Assembly (NCBI GenBank): GCA_964489145.1
Contig: CAZAXL010000004.1
Location: forward strand, 8,176 to 72,175
DNA: 64,000 nt
Direction of reading: 5' to 3'
DNA from: an uncultured Gammaproteobacteria bacterium
GTDB taxonomy: Bacteria > Patescibacteriota > Microgenomatia > UBA8517
Part shown: piece by piece, positions 18,656-29,702 of the stretch
Numbering within the stretch: position 1 is the first letter of the stretch
How the letters are laid out: each line of letters opens with the position of its first letter
Notes under the pieces: generated by a model
Told to the model about the DNA's origin: nothing
Database searches by the model: none
What the model saw: only the letters and a program-made list of their open reading frames with translations
Position numbers and translations under genes: made by a program

Positions 18656-19252
18656 CTATCTGTTTTCCAAAGATCTCCAAAGATACCAAGAGGCAACTGT
18701 TCTATAAGGAGACCAGTTTTTAAGGGCAAATTTGGCGGATTTTTCTTTGTTAAATTTTTTACCTGTTACTTTTTCAAATCCGTTTTTAATACCCAGATCT
18801 TCTACAGGAAAAACATCTGGCCTACCCAGTTTAAACATCAAAAACATATCTGCAGTCCAGGGCCCTATACCTTTGACCGCTACTAATTCCTTCCGGACTT
18901 CCTCATCGGAGAGTTTGTCCAAACTTTTTACTTTTAGCTCTCCCTTTTGGGTTCTTGAGGCCAAATCTTTAATGGCTCTGACCTTGCTCCAAGCCATTCC
19001 GCAATTTCTTAAAATGTTTTCATTCATCTTCAGAATCTTTTCCGGAGTCATTGTGCCTTTAATCTTGGCCTTCAAACGGCCTTCGATTACGTCCGCAACC
19101 CTACCTGAAAGCTGTTGGCCGATAATGTCGCCCACAAGCCCCTGAAAATAATCTATATGGAGCTTGGGCTCAATTGTGCAATGCCCCCATTTTTTAATAA
19201 GGGGCCCTAGATTTTTGTCTTTCAGTAGAAATTCCTCAGCATTTTTCCACAC
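18656..19252 (-). CDS. HhH-GPD DNA glycosylase, AlkA-like (DNA-3-methyladenine glycosylase II)
   Basis: VKGIGPWTADMFLMF helix-hairpin-helix/GPD block followed by conserved Asp (VFPVEDLGI). Confidence 0.6.
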   Translation of the reverse strand: MWKNAEEFLLKDKNLGPLIKKWGHCTIEPKLHIDYFQGLVGDIIGQQLSGRVADVIEGRLKAKIKGTMTPEKILKMNENILRNCGMAWSKVRAIKDLASRTQKGELKVKSLDKLSDEEVRKELVAVKGIGPWTADMFLMFKLGRPDVFPVEDLGIKNGFEKVTGKKFNKEKSAKFALKNWSPYRTVASWYLWRSLENR

Positions 19253-19296
19253 GCAACCAATTGTAAATTATTAATTGATAATTGGAAATTAGAAGT

Positions 19297-20940
19297 TTAG
19301 TAGTCCATTCCACCCATTCCGCCTGCGGGAAGTGCCGGCTCTTTCTTTTCTTCGGGAATATCAGTAACTAAGCCTTCTGTGGTTAAAACCATCATAGCGA
19401 CGCTTGCAGCATTCTGGAGAGCACTTCTGGCAACCTTAACCGGATCAACTATCCCCATTCTGGTCATTGATCCGAATTTTCCGGTCAGAGCATTGTAGCC
19501 AAAATCATTGTCTTTACTTGCCAAAACTTTTTTCAAAACACTTTCCCCATCTTCTCCTGCATTTTTAGCAAGCCATTTAATCGGTTCTTCCAACGCCTCC
19601 CAAACAATATTCACTCCAATTTGTTCGTCACCCTTTTCAACTTTAGCGCCTTTCGCAGCGGACCTAGCCCTGAGAAATGCTGTTTCACCACCCGGAACAA
19701 TTCCTTCTTCAGTTGCTGCTTTGGTAGCCCCAACCGCATCTTTAACTCTCTCTTTTTTATCGTTAAGTTCAATCTCTGTAGCCGCCCCCACATTTATTTG
19801 GGCAACTCCTCCAGCGAGCTTGGCAAGTCTCTCTTCAAATTTTTCTTTGTCAAAATCACTATCACTAGCCTCAATCTGTTTTCTGATTGAGGCAATTCTC
19901 GCATCTATCGTTTTTTTGTCTCCCTTTCCTCCAATAATTCTCGCGTTATCTTTATCTGCCCAGACTTTATCGGCACGCCCCAAGTCCGTAACCTCAATTG
20001 ATTCAAATGTGCGTCCGGTATCCCCTGATATAACTGTCCCGCCGGTCAGAATTGCAATGTCTTCCAACATTTCACTTCGACGATCTCCAAAACCTGGAGC
20101 TTTAATGGCTAAAACACTAAAAGTACCGCGAAGTTTATTAACTACTAATGTGGCCAAGGCCTCGCCTTCGATCTCGTCGGCGATAATTATCAAATTCTTC
20201 GAAACTTTGACAAATTTCTCCAAAAAGGGAAGGAGTTCTTGAATTGAAGATATCTTTTTATCAGTCAAAAGAATATAAGGATCTTCAATTTCCGCCTCCA
20301 TTTTGTCCGGATTGGTAACAAAATATGCTGAAGCATAACCCCTATCAAACTCCATACCCTCTTTATATTCAATTTCGATTGTTAAACCCTTTCCTTCCTC
20401 AACCGTAACAACACCATCGCGTCCGACTTTATCTAATGCCTCGGCAATTTTGGCGCCAATTTCGTCGTCTCCTGCAGATATACTCGCAACCTGAGCAATT
20501 TCTTCTTTGTTTTTGATTGGCTTGGCCATTTTTTTGAGTTCTTCAGAAACAGCTTCAACTGCTTTCTCAATTCCCTTTTTGACAATCATTGGGTTTGCGC
20601 CAGCATTAATCTCAACCATTCCTTTTTGGGTCATTACTTGTGCAAGAAGTGTGGAGGTTGTCGTCCCATCACCCGCATTGTCGTTGGTTTTGCTGGCAGC
20701 TTCTTTAACAAGCTGGGCACCCATATTCTCGAACGGATCAGGGAGATCAATTTCTTTGGCTACAGTTACTCCATCATGTACTATGTTCGGGGCCCCCCAC
20801 TTTTTATCTAAGGCAATATTTCTGCCTTTCGGACCAAGGGTTGTTATAACTGCCTTAGCAACAGTATCGATTCCTTTTAATAACGCCTCTCTAGCATCGT
20901 TTGAAAATTTTAATTGTTTTGCCATATATGGTACATCCAA
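19297..20940 (-). CDS. groL: Chaperonin GroEL (Cpn60)
   Basis: [21 protein letters not shown]-terminus, [15 protein letters not shown]-binding block, C-terminal GGMGGMDY tail. Confidence 0.95.
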   Translation of the reverse strand: MDVPYMAKQLKFSNDAREALLKGIDTVAKAVITTLGPKGRNIALDKKWGAPNIVHDGVTVAKEIDLPDPFENMGAQLVKEAASKTNDNAGDGTTTSTLLAQVMTQKGMVEINAGANPMIVKKGIEKAVEAVSEELKKMAKPIKNKEEIAQVASISAGDDEIGAKIAEALDKVGRDGVVTVEEGKGLTIEIEYKEGMEFDRGYASAYFVTNPDKMEAEIEDPYILLTDKKISSIQELLPFLEKFVKVSKNLIIIADEIEGEALATLVVNKLRGTFSVLAIKAPGFGDRRSEMLEDIAILTGGTVISGDTGRTFESIEVTDLGRADKVWADKDNARIIGGKGDKKTIDARIASIRKQIEASDSDFDKEKFEERLAKLAGGVAQINVGAATEIELNDKKERVKDAVGATKAATEEGIVPGGETAFLRARSAAKGAKVEKGDEQIGVNIVWEALEEPIKWLAKNAGEDGESVLKKVLASKDNDFGYNALTGKFGSMTRMGIVDPVKVARSALQNAASVAMMVLTTEGLVTDIPEEKKEPALPAGGMGGMDY

Positions 20941-20951
20941 GCATAGATGTC

Positions 20952-21248
20952 TTAGGCCTCGACGGCCAAGATATCTTCAAATTTAACAAATATATATTCC
21001 TTGCCTTCAATTTTTGCCTCATTTCCTCCCCATTTTTTATAAAAAACAACTTCATTTAGTTTGGCGGGAGATTCTATTTTTTGACCTTCTTGCAAGGCAG
21101 ATGCTCCCACTGCAATCACTTTTCCTTTTTGTGGTTTTTCTGAAGCGTTATCGGGTAGATAAATCCCGGAGGCGGTTTTCGTTTCTGCCTCCAAAGGTTC
21201 AATTAAAAGATATCCTGCGGTCGGTTTAAGATTTAATTTACTTGCCAT
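20952..21248 (-). CDS. groS: Co-chaperonin GroES (Cpn10)
   Basis: [18 protein letters not shown]...KGKVIAVG; start moved to internal Met (track ORF extends to 21293). Confidence 0.85.
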   Translation of the reverse strand: MASKLNLKPTAGYLLIEPLEAETKTASGIYLPDNASEKPQKGKVIAVGASALQEGQKIESPAKLNEVVFYKKWGGNEAKIEGKEYIFVKFEDILAVEA

Positions 21249-21326
21249 ATTTTTAATTTTGTGGGTAACAAATAGGTTAGCATTCCAACCCAATGAGTGC
21301 TATTTTACGAATTTGGGTTTCTCTTG

Positions 21327-22178
21327 TCAATAGTCGATCTTACTAAGAATCTTCTTACTCAGGTTATTTGGATGAAAAATTGCTCTCGTAGGAGTGACTA
21401 CTTCACGAGTAATTTTATGTTTCATATAAAAATATTGAATTTTAAAAGACAGCGTTTCTATTATGTTTAATCTTAAAGGTTTCGTATATGATGAACTATT
21501 TTTGTTTAGTCTCACTTCAGCAGCATTCGGCCAAAATTTTAAAGCCCATTTATTTGATGACAAAAAGCGTTCGTATACCCCCCCTCTATCAACAAGCGGA
21601 ACTATTTGAAGAATTTCGTGAGCAGTGTAAAAGTTTCTTTCTTTCTTGCTCCAGGTAAGATCGCTTTCATCGAGCCAAATATTTAAGCATAGTCTGTCTT
21701 TCTGGCGCAGATTTAGCGGCTTTCTTAAACGAAAATTAAATAGTTTGAGAAGCATATAAACTGCGATTCTTGTAGTCCAAAGCCTTCCCTTTTTTGTAAT
21801 AAAAATCAGATCAATATCGCTCTCTTTTCCTGCATTATCCATCGCCAATGAACCGCTTATAGCAACCATTTTTACGCCAGGAATGAAAAAGGTAATTTTA
21901 GAAACTCTTTCGGCAATTTTTCTTTTCCTTAGGGAAAATCTTTTTCTGACAGTTCTCTTATAAACCAACCCCTCCTTCCCTTCAATAAAATAATATCCAT
22001 TCTTATAATCAACTCTAGAACCGGTTTCCGGTGCACCCCTAGGGGTCCACTTGACAAGTTCAGAGAAAGTTAGTGGATATTCAAAAAGGTTGTGGTAAAA
22101 AACAGAAAATCTTTCTGAAGCATTTAAACCGGCTTCCGGCGAGATTTTCCCTGAAGTAAATTCATGCAAAAGAGACAT
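21327..22178 (-). CDS. Pol-beta-superfamily nucleotidyltransferase-domain protein (putative)
   Basis: AISGSLAMDNAGKESDIDLIFI matches GS...x-DxD NTase motif. Confidence 0.35.
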   Translation of the reverse strand: MSLLHEFTSGKISPEAGLNASERFSVFYHNLFEYPLTFSELVKWTPRGAPETGSRVDYKNGYYFIEGKEGLVYKRTVRKRFSLRKRKIAERVSKITFFIPGVKMVAISGSLAMDNAGKESDIDLIFITKKGRLWTTRIAVYMLLKLFNFRLRKPLNLRQKDRLCLNIWLDESDLTWSKKERNFYTAHEILQIVPLVDRGGVYERFLSSNKWALKFWPNAAEVRLNKNSSSYTKPLRLNIIETLSFKIQYFYMKHKITREVVTPTRAIFHPNNLSKKILSKIDY

Positions 22179-23599
22179 TATTTTACGGAGATGCCGTACT
22201 GTACCAGAACTTGAGCAACACCTTGAGCAACTGTGGCGAGAGCCTCGGTTGCTGATTTTTTACCCGTCACAACAGCGTTGACTGCGTCTGCAAAATAATT
22301 GGAAATTTGAGTATTTATTCCAGTAGAACCGTCAAAAGTACGGCTGGCAAGATACCAGCTCCTGGCACCCGGTGCTTGCGTAATAATTGATCCAATAATG
22401 GGGTGGTCTTTGAGTAGTGCTGCCATATCAGTCCTGGGATAGGGCTCGCCAAAGCTCCTTACAGCCGACTCGTTTTTATAAAGTTTTTGTAAGGAATCCG
22501 TACTAGCCAAATAACTTAACAGACCCCAAGCAGCAGACTTATTCGGGCTCTTTGACCAAACACCCTGCGCCCAGTAAGTTGCGTAGGTAATATCTACCTC
22601 ATTAGGACTATCTTTGGGAAGCTGAGGAATAGGAACTGTTTTATACTTTAAATTCGGACTTTTCTGTTGTATTTCAAACGATCTCCAGCTCGGAGCTATA
22701 TACATAGCCAGTTTCCCTGCAGCAAAGGCTTGAGTTGATGTTGGAAGGGTTGCATCCCAGACTCCATCAACTGATGAAAAAATGGTAAAAAATGTCAAAG
22801 CATCCTCTGCATTTTTTCCGACAGGATTGCCCAAATCCACACCGTTTTGGAGCATCAGAAGAGCTAAAATTTCCTGCCAATGATCAACATTTTCTGTCCT
22901 CCCAAGAGCTACACCGGATTGGGTTATACTTCCTTTATCATCTTTTATAGTCAGCTCTTTTGCCAAACTTCTTAAACCATCCCAGGTTGTGGGAGGAATC
23001 TTTCCTGCTTTATCAAAGATGTCCTGGTTTATATACAATGTTAGAGCATCGTAGCCAATGGGGATACCAACAATAGAATTACCGTAGGAAAAATCAGAAG
23101 TAATAACCGGATAAAAGTTTTTGGAATAATCCGCTGCCGTCATTACTGAAGAAGGAAGCGCATCAAGATCGGATTTAAACATTGGCGTCCAGGTATTATG
23201 AAATGTAAAAATATCCGGACCCTCCCCTTTTGCCAAAGCATTTGCCAGCCTTTCGCGATAATCCTCTTTTGATTGTTCAACGTAGGTGATATTTACACCC
23301 GGATGTGCCGATTCATAGGCAGAAATTAAGGGTTCAACAACAGACTGACTTTCCCAAAACCCCCACCAGGTTATGTTTCCCGAACTTTTATTTATGGGGG
23401 TTCCAATCAGTTTAAATGCGGTAAAACCCAGTACTGCCAATAAAAATATTATTCCGACAAAAAGCAAAATCTTGGGGAATTTTTTCTTTGGTGATAGAAC
23501 GACTTGAGGAGGAATGTTTGACAGATTATCCGGCGTGCCAACGGGCACACCAACAGGATTTTGAGTGTTATTGTTTTGGTAAATATTAAGAGGTGGCAT
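22178..23599 (-). CDS. ABC-transporter solute-binding protein, family 1 (sugar-binding, MalE-like), membrane-anchored
   Basis: N-terminal TM then NITWWGFWE...FTFHNTW typical of SBP_bac_1; no permease adjacent. Confidence 0.5.
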   Translation of the reverse strand: MPPLNIYQNNNTQNPVGVPVGTPDNLSNIPPQVVLSPKKKFPKILLFVGIIFLLAVLGFTAFKLIGTPINKSSGNITWWGFWESQSVVEPLISAYESAHPGVNITYVEQSKEDYRERLANALAKGEGPDIFTFHNTWTPMFKSDLDALPSSVMTAADYSKNFYPVITSDFSYGNSIVGIPIGYDALTLYINQDIFDKAGKIPPTTWDGLRSLAKELTIKDDKGSITQSGVALGRTENVDHWQEILALLMLQNGVDLGNPVGKNAEDALTFFTIFSSVDGVWDATLPTSTQAFAAGKLAMYIAPSWRSFEIQQKSPNLKYKTVPIPQLPKDSPNEVDITYATYWAQGVWSKSPNKSAAWGLLSYLASTDSLQKLYKNESAVRSFGEPYPRTDMAALLKDHPIIGSIITQAPGARSWYLASRTFDGSTGINTQISNYFADAVNAVVTGKKSATEALATVAQGVAQVLVQYGISVK

Positions 23600-23647
23600 T
23601 TTCTCTGCGTTTTGGGTTATATTTAAATGGTATCATATGCCTAGAAT

Positions 23648-25432
23648 ATGGCAAGTAATTCCGGTAATAAAATGGGGAAGATAGTTAGATCTTTTTTCAA
23701 AAAATATCTGCTCCGAGGTGTTGTCGTTCTCGGCACACTGATATTAATCGTCCTTGCAGGAATCTTATCCTATCTAATAGTCTATAACGAAAAAATTTAC
23801 CCGAACATTTCTGTGGCTGGCATCAAAGTTGGCGGAGTTACCTCTTCTGAAGCTTCCGGTATTTTATCTAAAAATACAATTACACCCCCAGAACTGACCC
23901 TTACCTATCAAGACCAAGTTTTCAAAATAAAAACAGACGACATCGATCTTTCCTATGATTTTCCAGCCTCTGCCGATAGAGTTTTCGTGTTTACAAGAAC
24001 AGGAAATATTCTTTACGATCTCGAAAACCGTATTAGATTACTCTTTTACCCTAAAAACTTTGGCCTTGTTACCAATATAAGCAGTGATAAGCTTGCAAAA
24101 ACGGTTTCTATTATTGCTGGGCAAATTTCTATTGACCCAATTAATCCGGGTATTAGTAAAGTTAATGGCAGCATTGTTGTAAACAGGGGTTCCCCCGGGA
24201 AAGAGGTCGACCAGGAACGATTAACATCTGATATTGTGCAAAGCTTATCTGTAGGTTCGACCAATCAGATTTCAATTCCAGTTGATAATATCGATAACAC
24301 CCTGGATGAGGCTGGAGCAAAAGCGTTTACGGAACGTGCGCAGAAATTTCTCGGAAAAACCATTTCATTAAAATTCGAGTACAACAATATCCAGCTTCAA
24401 GATACTGATTTGTTCAAACTTCTCGATCCGAAGGGTGGTTATAAAGACGATACCCTTTCCGGATCTATTCAAAAAATTGCGGAAACAATCGAACGGGATC
24501 CGCAAAACCCAAAGTTTGTATTTGAAAATGGAAAAGTAACTGAATTCCAACCATCCCTCCCCGGTATAAAAATAGACAACGAAAACTTTAAAAATTTACT
24601 TATTGAAAAAATGGATACACTAGCCGGTTCAACGGACAAAAATTTAGATCTTGACATTCCTGTAGTTAAATCGCCACCTGAAATCACAACAGATAAAGTC
24701 AATAATCTGGGAATTAAGGAGTTGATTGGGAGGGGAACTTCAACATATTTTCACTCTATTCCAAATCGTGTCCACAATGTATCCCTTGCCGCCTCCCGAA
24801 TAAACGGAACTCTTGTTAAACCTGGTGAAACTTTTTCTTTTAATGAGGCCCTGGGAGACGTCTCAGCTTTTACGGGTTACCAACAGGCTTATATTATCAG
24901 TGGCGGTAAAACAATTCTTGGTGATGGTGGTGGGGTTTGCCAGGTTTCAACTACACTATTCAGGGCGCTTCTGGATGCGGGGCTTCCAATTATTGAACGT
25001 CAAGCCCACGCCTATCGTGTGGGGTATTACGAACAGGATTCTCCCCCGGGGCTTGATGCTACTGTCTATTCACCCTCTCCAGATTTGAAATTTACCAATG
25101 ACACCGGTAACTATATCCTGATTGAAGCAAGTGCAAATCCAAAAAATTATTCTTTGGTTTTTGAACTTTACGGAACACTTGACGGAAGAGTTGCCAGTAT
25201 TTCCAAACCAATTGTAACAGGTGTTTCCTCGCCTCCTGAAGATCTTTATCAAGACGACCCAAGCCTTCCCACCGGAACAATCAAACAAATTGAGTACAAA
25301 GCATGGGGAGCCAAGGTTACTTTCAAGTATGTTGTCACCAAAAACGGCCAGGAAATCATTAATAAAACTTTTGTAAGCAACTATAAGCCCTGGCAGGCAG
25401 TTTACTTACGAGGAACCGGACCTGTAAATTAG
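23648..25432 (+). CDS. VanW-family protein with N-terminal membrane anchor
   Basis: VanW core GGGVCQVSTTLFRALLDAGLPIIERQAHAY. Confidence 0.7.
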   Translation: MASNSGNKMGKIVRSFFKKYLLRGVVVLGTLILIVLAGILSYLIVYNEKIYPNISVAGIKVGGVTSSEASGILSKNTITPPELTLTYQDQVFKIKTDDIDLSYDFPASADRVFVFTRTGNILYDLENRIRLLFYPKNFGLVTNISSDKLAKTVSIIAGQISIDPINPGISKVNGSIVVNRGSPGKEVDQERLTSDIVQSLSVGSTNQISIPVDNIDNTLDEAGAKAFTERAQKFLGKTISLKFEYNNIQLQDTDLFKLLDPKGGYKDDTLSGSIQKIAETIERDPQNPKFVFENGKVTEFQPSLPGIKIDNENFKNLLIEKMDTLAGSTDKNLDLDIPVVKSPPEITTDKVNNLGIKELIGRGTSTYFHSIPNRVHNVSLAASRINGTLVKPGETFSFNEALGDVSAFTGYQQAYIISGGKTILGDGGGVCQVSTTLFRALLDAGLPIIERQAHAYRVGYYEQDSPPGLDATVYSPSPDLKFTNDTGNYILIEASANPKNYSLVFELYGTLDGRVASISKPIVTGVSSPPEDLYQDDPSLPTGTIKQIEYKAWGAKVTFKYVVTKNGQEIINKTFVSNYKPWQAVYLRGTGPVN

Positions 25433-25468
25433 TTTGGGACAAGCCTCAAATTATAGTAAAATGTCCCC

Positions 25469-26524
25469 ATGCAAATTGTTAAATGTAACAAAGATTCAAT
25501 TGAAATTGCCGACGGTATCTTAAAAAGAGGCGGCTTAATAATCTATCCGACTGAAACATTGTATGGTGTCGGGGTTGATGCAACAAACGAAGAAGCAGTT
25601 AAAAAACTTACCGTTTACAAAAACCGTCCTTTGGGAAAACCCTACTCTATAGCAGTTAGGGATATCAAAATGGCCAAGGAGTATGGAAACATAAATCAAA
25701 CCGCAAAAAATCTTTTTCTTGAGTTTTTGCCCGGACCTTTAACTGTCATTGTTAAAGGAAAACATAAACTCGCCAGAGGTATTGAATCCGAAAATGGAAA
25801 GCTTGGAATAAGACTCCCCGACTACGAATTTGTCCAAAAGCTAGTTGGCAAATTTGGCAAACCCATCACAGCGACGTCGGCAAATGCCAGTTATAAAAAA
25901 AGGCCATATCAGGTTTCCGATATATTGGACAACCTAGGTCAAAAACAGAAAGATTTAATTGACCTTGTTATCGACGCCGGAAAACTCCCAGCAAGAGATC
26001 CCTCTACCGTTATCGATACAACCCTTGATGAACCGATGACATTGAGACAAGGAGAAATAAAACTTTCAGATAAAAATGAAGTTTTAAGCAGAAGTGAAGA
26101 GAACACTCAAAATGTTGCCAAGGAAATTTGGCAACATTTTGAATCATACTCGGGTAAAAGGTCGATTGTCTTTGCCATTCAAGGAGAAATGGGAACCGGC
26201 AAAACCCAATTTACAAAGGGGCTTGCCCGCGCAATGGGAATAACAGAACTTGTTACCTCCCCCACTTTTGCCATCGAAAATGAATACGAAACCGGGAAAA
26301 ATAAGCTTTATCATTTTGACGCATGGAGATTGGAAAACTCGGAAGAGCTTAACGTTCTTGGATTCGAAAAATTGGTCCTGCAAAAATCAGTTATTTCTGT
26401 GGAATGGGCCGAAAAAGTTGCTGACGTTATTCGTGGATTTGACAACGAGGCAATAATTATTTGGATCAAAATAAAGTTTGGGGTAAATGAAAATGACAGG
26501 ATAATTTCCTGGGGAAATTTATGA
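25469..26524 (+). CDS. Fused TsaC/YrdC (threonylcarbamoyl-AMP synthase) - TsaE (YjeE ATPase) t6A biosynthesis protein
   Basis: N-half: IYPTETLYGVGVDATNEEAV (YrdC); C-half: FAIQGEMGTGKTQFTKGLARAMGI...VTSPTFAIENEY (TsaE P-loop and SPTF motif). Confidence 0.7.
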   Translation: MQIVKCNKDSIEIADGILKRGGLIIYPTETLYGVGVDATNEEAVKKLTVYKNRPLGKPYSIAVRDIKMAKEYGNINQTAKNLFLEFLPGPLTVIVKGKHKLARGIESENGKLGIRLPDYEFVQKLVGKFGKPITATSANASYKKRPYQVSDILDNLGQKQKDLIDLVIDAGKLPARDPSTVIDTTLDEPMTLRQGEIKLSDKNEVLSRSEENTQNVAKEIWQHFESYSGKRSIVFAIQGEMGTGKTQFTKGLARAMGITELVTSPTFAIENEYETGKNKLYHFDAWRLENSEELNVLGFEKLVLQKSVISVEWAEKVADVIRGFDNEAIIIWIKIKFGVNENDRIISWGNL

Positions 26525-27567
26525 AAATATTGGCAATAGACACATCTTGTGATGAAACCTCGGCCGCATTAACGGACGGAACAAAAATTCTTTCCAACAT
26601 TATCTGGTCTCAATCCTCCGCGCATGCAAAATTCGGAGGTGTCATGCCCTCACTTGCACAGAGAATGCATGAGGAAAGAATCGACTGGGTAATAGATAGG
26701 GCCATTAAAAACTCAAAATGTACAGTTAGTGATTTAGATGCGATAGCGGTAACCACAGGACCCGGTCTTTCAATTGCCTTGGGGGTTGGAATAGACAGAG
26801 CCAAAAAACTGGCAATTAAACACAATAAAAAACTTATTGCTATAAACCATCTTGAGGGACACGTACTCAGTTGTTTGGCGGGGCCAAAAACTGAGAGTTT
26901 AGAATTAAAAATTAATAATTTACAATTCCCAGCATTAGGACTTGTTGTATCCGGAGGGAACACCTTACTCGTTAAAATAAATAAAATCGGCTCCTACGAG
27001 ATTTTAGCCCAGACGACAGACGACGCTTTAGGAGAGGCTTTGGACAAAGGGGCAAGAATGTTGGGGTTGGGTTATCCGGGTGGCGCTGTTTTGGAAAAGG
27101 TCGCACGTGGTGGAGATACAAAAACCTATACCCTGCCTGTCCCAATTGCGGGACAGGAGAAAAGGCAAATATTTACTTACTCCGGACTTAAAACCGCCTT
27201 TTCCCGTCTGGTTAAATCTGAGGAACCGCTGACTAAAGTAAAAATTCAGAATCTCGCCGCTTGTTTCCAGGATATTGCCTTTATTCATTTGATACGTGTT
27301 TTGCGTTATTACATAATTCATAATTCATCATTCGTAATTCATAATTTGCTTGTGGGTGGTGGTGTTTCTGCAAACATTGAAATTCGTAAACGCTTAAGAA
27401 AACTGTGCAGTCAATATTCTATAAATGTACTTTTTCCAAAATCTAAAAAACTTTATGGAGACAATGCCGCAATGATTGGTATAGCGGCGTATTTTAAAGC
27501 TCAAAGAAATGAATATATAAATCCGAATTTGATTGACAGAAAGCCGGGCGCAAAGATTTTTGATTGA
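26521..27567 (+). CDS. tsaD: tRNA N6-adenosine threonylcarbamoyltransferase TsaD (Kae1/Gcp family)
   Basis: MKILAIDTSCDETSAAL N-terminus, metal site INHLEGHVLS (HxEGH); ATGA overlap with tsaC-tsaE. Confidence 0.8.
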   Translation: MKILAIDTSCDETSAALTDGTKILSNIIWSQSSAHAKFGGVMPSLAQRMHEERIDWVIDRAIKNSKCTVSDLDAIAVTTGPGLSIALGVGIDRAKKLAIKHNKKLIAINHLEGHVLSCLAGPKTESLELKINNLQFPALGLVVSGGNTLLVKINKIGSYEILAQTTDDALGEALDKGARMLGLGYPGGAVLEKVARGGDTKTYTLPVPIAGQEKRQIFTYSGLKTAFSRLVKSEEPLTKVKIQNLAACFQDIAFIHLIRVLRYYIIHNSSFVIHNLLVGGGVSANIEIRKRLRKLCSQYSINVLFPKSKKLYGDNAAMIGIAAYFKAQRNEYINPNLIDRKPGAKIFD

Positions 27568-29702
27568 TGCTAAAATACAGGCAAGGCAATATTCAGATGG
27601 ATAAAATTTACGAACACCAGAAATATGAGGGCAAAATTTATAAAAAGTGGGAAGAATCCGACGCATTTACCCCAAAAATTTCAAAATTCAAAAAACCGTT
27701 CACTATAATAATGCCCCCTCCAAATGCCAATGATCCCCTTCACATAGGACATGTAAGGTTTGTTGCTGTCGAGGATACATTAATACGTTATCACAGAATG
27801 AAAGGAGATCCTGCTTTATGGCTTCCTGGAAGTGATCATGCCGGTGTAGAAACGCAGTATGTCTTTGAAAAAAAACTCAGAGAAAAGGGTCAAAGCCGTT
27901 TTGATTTTGACCGCGAAACTCTCTTCAAGATGATTTGGAACTACGTTCAGGAAAATACTGGTGTGATGGAGGCACAGCTCAAAAAATTGGGTGCTTCCTG
28001 TGATTGGACAAAGTCCAGGTTTACACTTAATCCGGAAATAATAAAAATAGTTTATAAGACATTCAAAAAACTTGCAGATGACGGACTGGTTTATAGAGAT
28101 AAAAAACTTGTGAATTATTGCACCCATTGCGGCACCGCTTATTCCAATCTTGAAGTGGATTACATTGAAAGGAAGGATCCCCTTTATTATATGAAGTACG
28201 GGCCTTTTACTTTAGCTACCGTCAGGCCCGAAACAAAATTTGGCGACACTGCGGTTGCAGTGCACCCGGATGACATTAGATACAAAAAGTATGTTGGAAA
28301 AACTATCACAGTAAAGGGACTCATCGGAGATTTCAAAGTCAAAGTCATAGCCGACAGACTGGTTGATTCAACCTTTGGAACCGGTGTTGTAAAAGTAACC
28401 CCCGCACACGACTTTAACGACTTTGAGATGGGGGGAAGACACGGTCTTGAAATCAAACAGGTAATTGGTCTTGATGGAAAACTGAATGAACTTACAGGCA
28501 AATATCAGGGTTTGTATGTCAACCAAGCCAGGAAACAAATTGTGGAAGATCTGGAAAAGACAGGTCTTTTGGTTAAAGTTGATAACGAATACACACACAA
28601 CGTCGGCATTTGCTACAGGTGCAAAAACACCATAGAACCAATGATTATGGAACAATGGTTCCTGAAAGTTGCTCCGTTAACAAAACTGGCTATAGCTGCA
28701 ATCGATAAGGGCGATGTTAAATTTGCCGCAAAGAAATTTGAAAAGATTGCTCTTCATTGGCTTAAAAATCTTAAAGACTGGAATATTAGCCGCCAGATCG
28801 TATGGGGAATAAGAATTCCTGCCTACCGATGCGATAAATGCCTTGAATGGACAATTACGGACGGACCCGCTCCCGAAAAATGCGAGTCATGCGGACACAC
28901 CAAACTAACTCAAGACCTGGATACATTTGATACGTGGTTTTCCTCGGGACAATGGCCATACGCTACTTTGCTAAGTAGCTCAAATTCAGAATTGAGAATT
29001 AAAAATGAAAAATTTGCGGACGATAACAAAAAATCGGACTTTAACATTTTTTATCCGACCAGTGTTATGGAAACGGCCTACGACATTCTTCCTTTCTGGG
29101 TTATAAGAATGATTATGCTTGGAGCCTATATGACCGGAAAAGTTCCCTTTAGAGAAGTTCTTATCCATGGGCTCGTTAGAGATAAAGAAGGTCAAAAAAT
29201 CAGTAAGTCCAAGGGAAACGTGATTAACCCCATTGAAATGGTTGAAAAATATGGCGCGGACGCGCTTCGCATGGGTCTACTTTGGGGTGCCCTTGTGGAA
29301 AACGATATTTCTCTATCGGAGGAGAATATTAATGCCCAAAGAAAATTTTGCAATAAAATATGGAACGCCTCCCGATTTGTTTCCCAATTTAGCGATGAGG
29401 CTAAATTTAATAAATCGTTTGATAAACATCTAAAAGAAGTCACCAAAAACGTTACAAAACGTCTTGAAAAATACCAGCTAAGTCAAGCTGCGGAACTTCT
29501 TTATTCAGAATTCTGGCATTGGTTTTGCGACGAGTGTATAGAAAACTCCAAAAAAGGAGAGATTGGCGCAAAACAACTTAAAGAAGGTCTACTTATATTT
29601 ATAAAATTACTTCATCCTTTTATGCCATTTGTAACAGAACAAATTTGGAGTGAAATTGGTGAAGACGGACTTCTAATTACCTCTCCCTGGCCGAAAGCTT
29701 AA
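27564..29702 (+). CDS. valS: Valyl-tRNA synthetase (short form, 712 aa)
   Basis: PPPNANDPLHIGHV (HIGH), IHGLVRDKEGQKISKSKGNVI (KMSKS), editing-domain-like middle; likely true start MDKIYEH at ~27600. Confidence 0.8.
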   Translation: MMLKYRQGNIQMDKIYEHQKYEGKIYKKWEESDAFTPKISKFKKPFTIIMPPPNANDPLHIGHVRFVAVEDTLIRYHRMKGDPALWLPGSDHAGVETQYVFEKKLREKGQSRFDFDRETLFKMIWNYVQENTGVMEAQLKKLGASCDWTKSRFTLNPEIIKIVYKTFKKLADDGLVYRDKKLVNYCTHCGTAYSNLEVDYIERKDPLYYMKYGPFTLATVRPETKFGDTAVAVHPDDIRYKKYVGKTITVKGLIGDFKVKVIADRLVDSTFGTGVVKVTPAHDFNDFEMGGRHGLEIKQVIGLDGKLNELTGKYQGLYVNQARKQIVEDLEKTGLLVKVDNEYTHNVGICYRCKNTIEPMIMEQWFLKVAPLTKLAIAAIDKGDVKFAAKKFEKIALHWLKNLKDWNISRQIVWGIRIPAYRCDKCLEWTITDGPAPEKCESCGHTKLTQDLDTFDTWFSSGQWPYATLLSSSNSELRIKNEKFADDNKKSDFNIFYPTSVMETAYDILPFWVIRMIMLGAYMTGKVPFREVLIHGLVRDKEGQKISKSKGNVINPIEMVEKYGADALRMGLLWGALVENDISLSEENINAQRKFCNKIWNASRFVSQFSDEAKFNKSFDKHLKEVTKNVTKRLEKYQLSQAAELLYSEFWHWFCDECIENSKKGEIGAKQLKEGLLIFIKLLHPFMPFVTEQIWSEIGEDGLLITSPWPKA

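Noticed and set aside
19508-20986. Antisense ORFs inside groEL (244 aa and 159 aa, Ala/Ser-rich)
   Set aside because: Low-complexity reverse-frame translation of a highly conserved gene; no independent support.
20952-21293. Long form of groES starting MGWNANLF
   Set aside because: The conserved GroES N-terminus begins at the internal MASKLNLKP; the upstream extension is likely non-coding.
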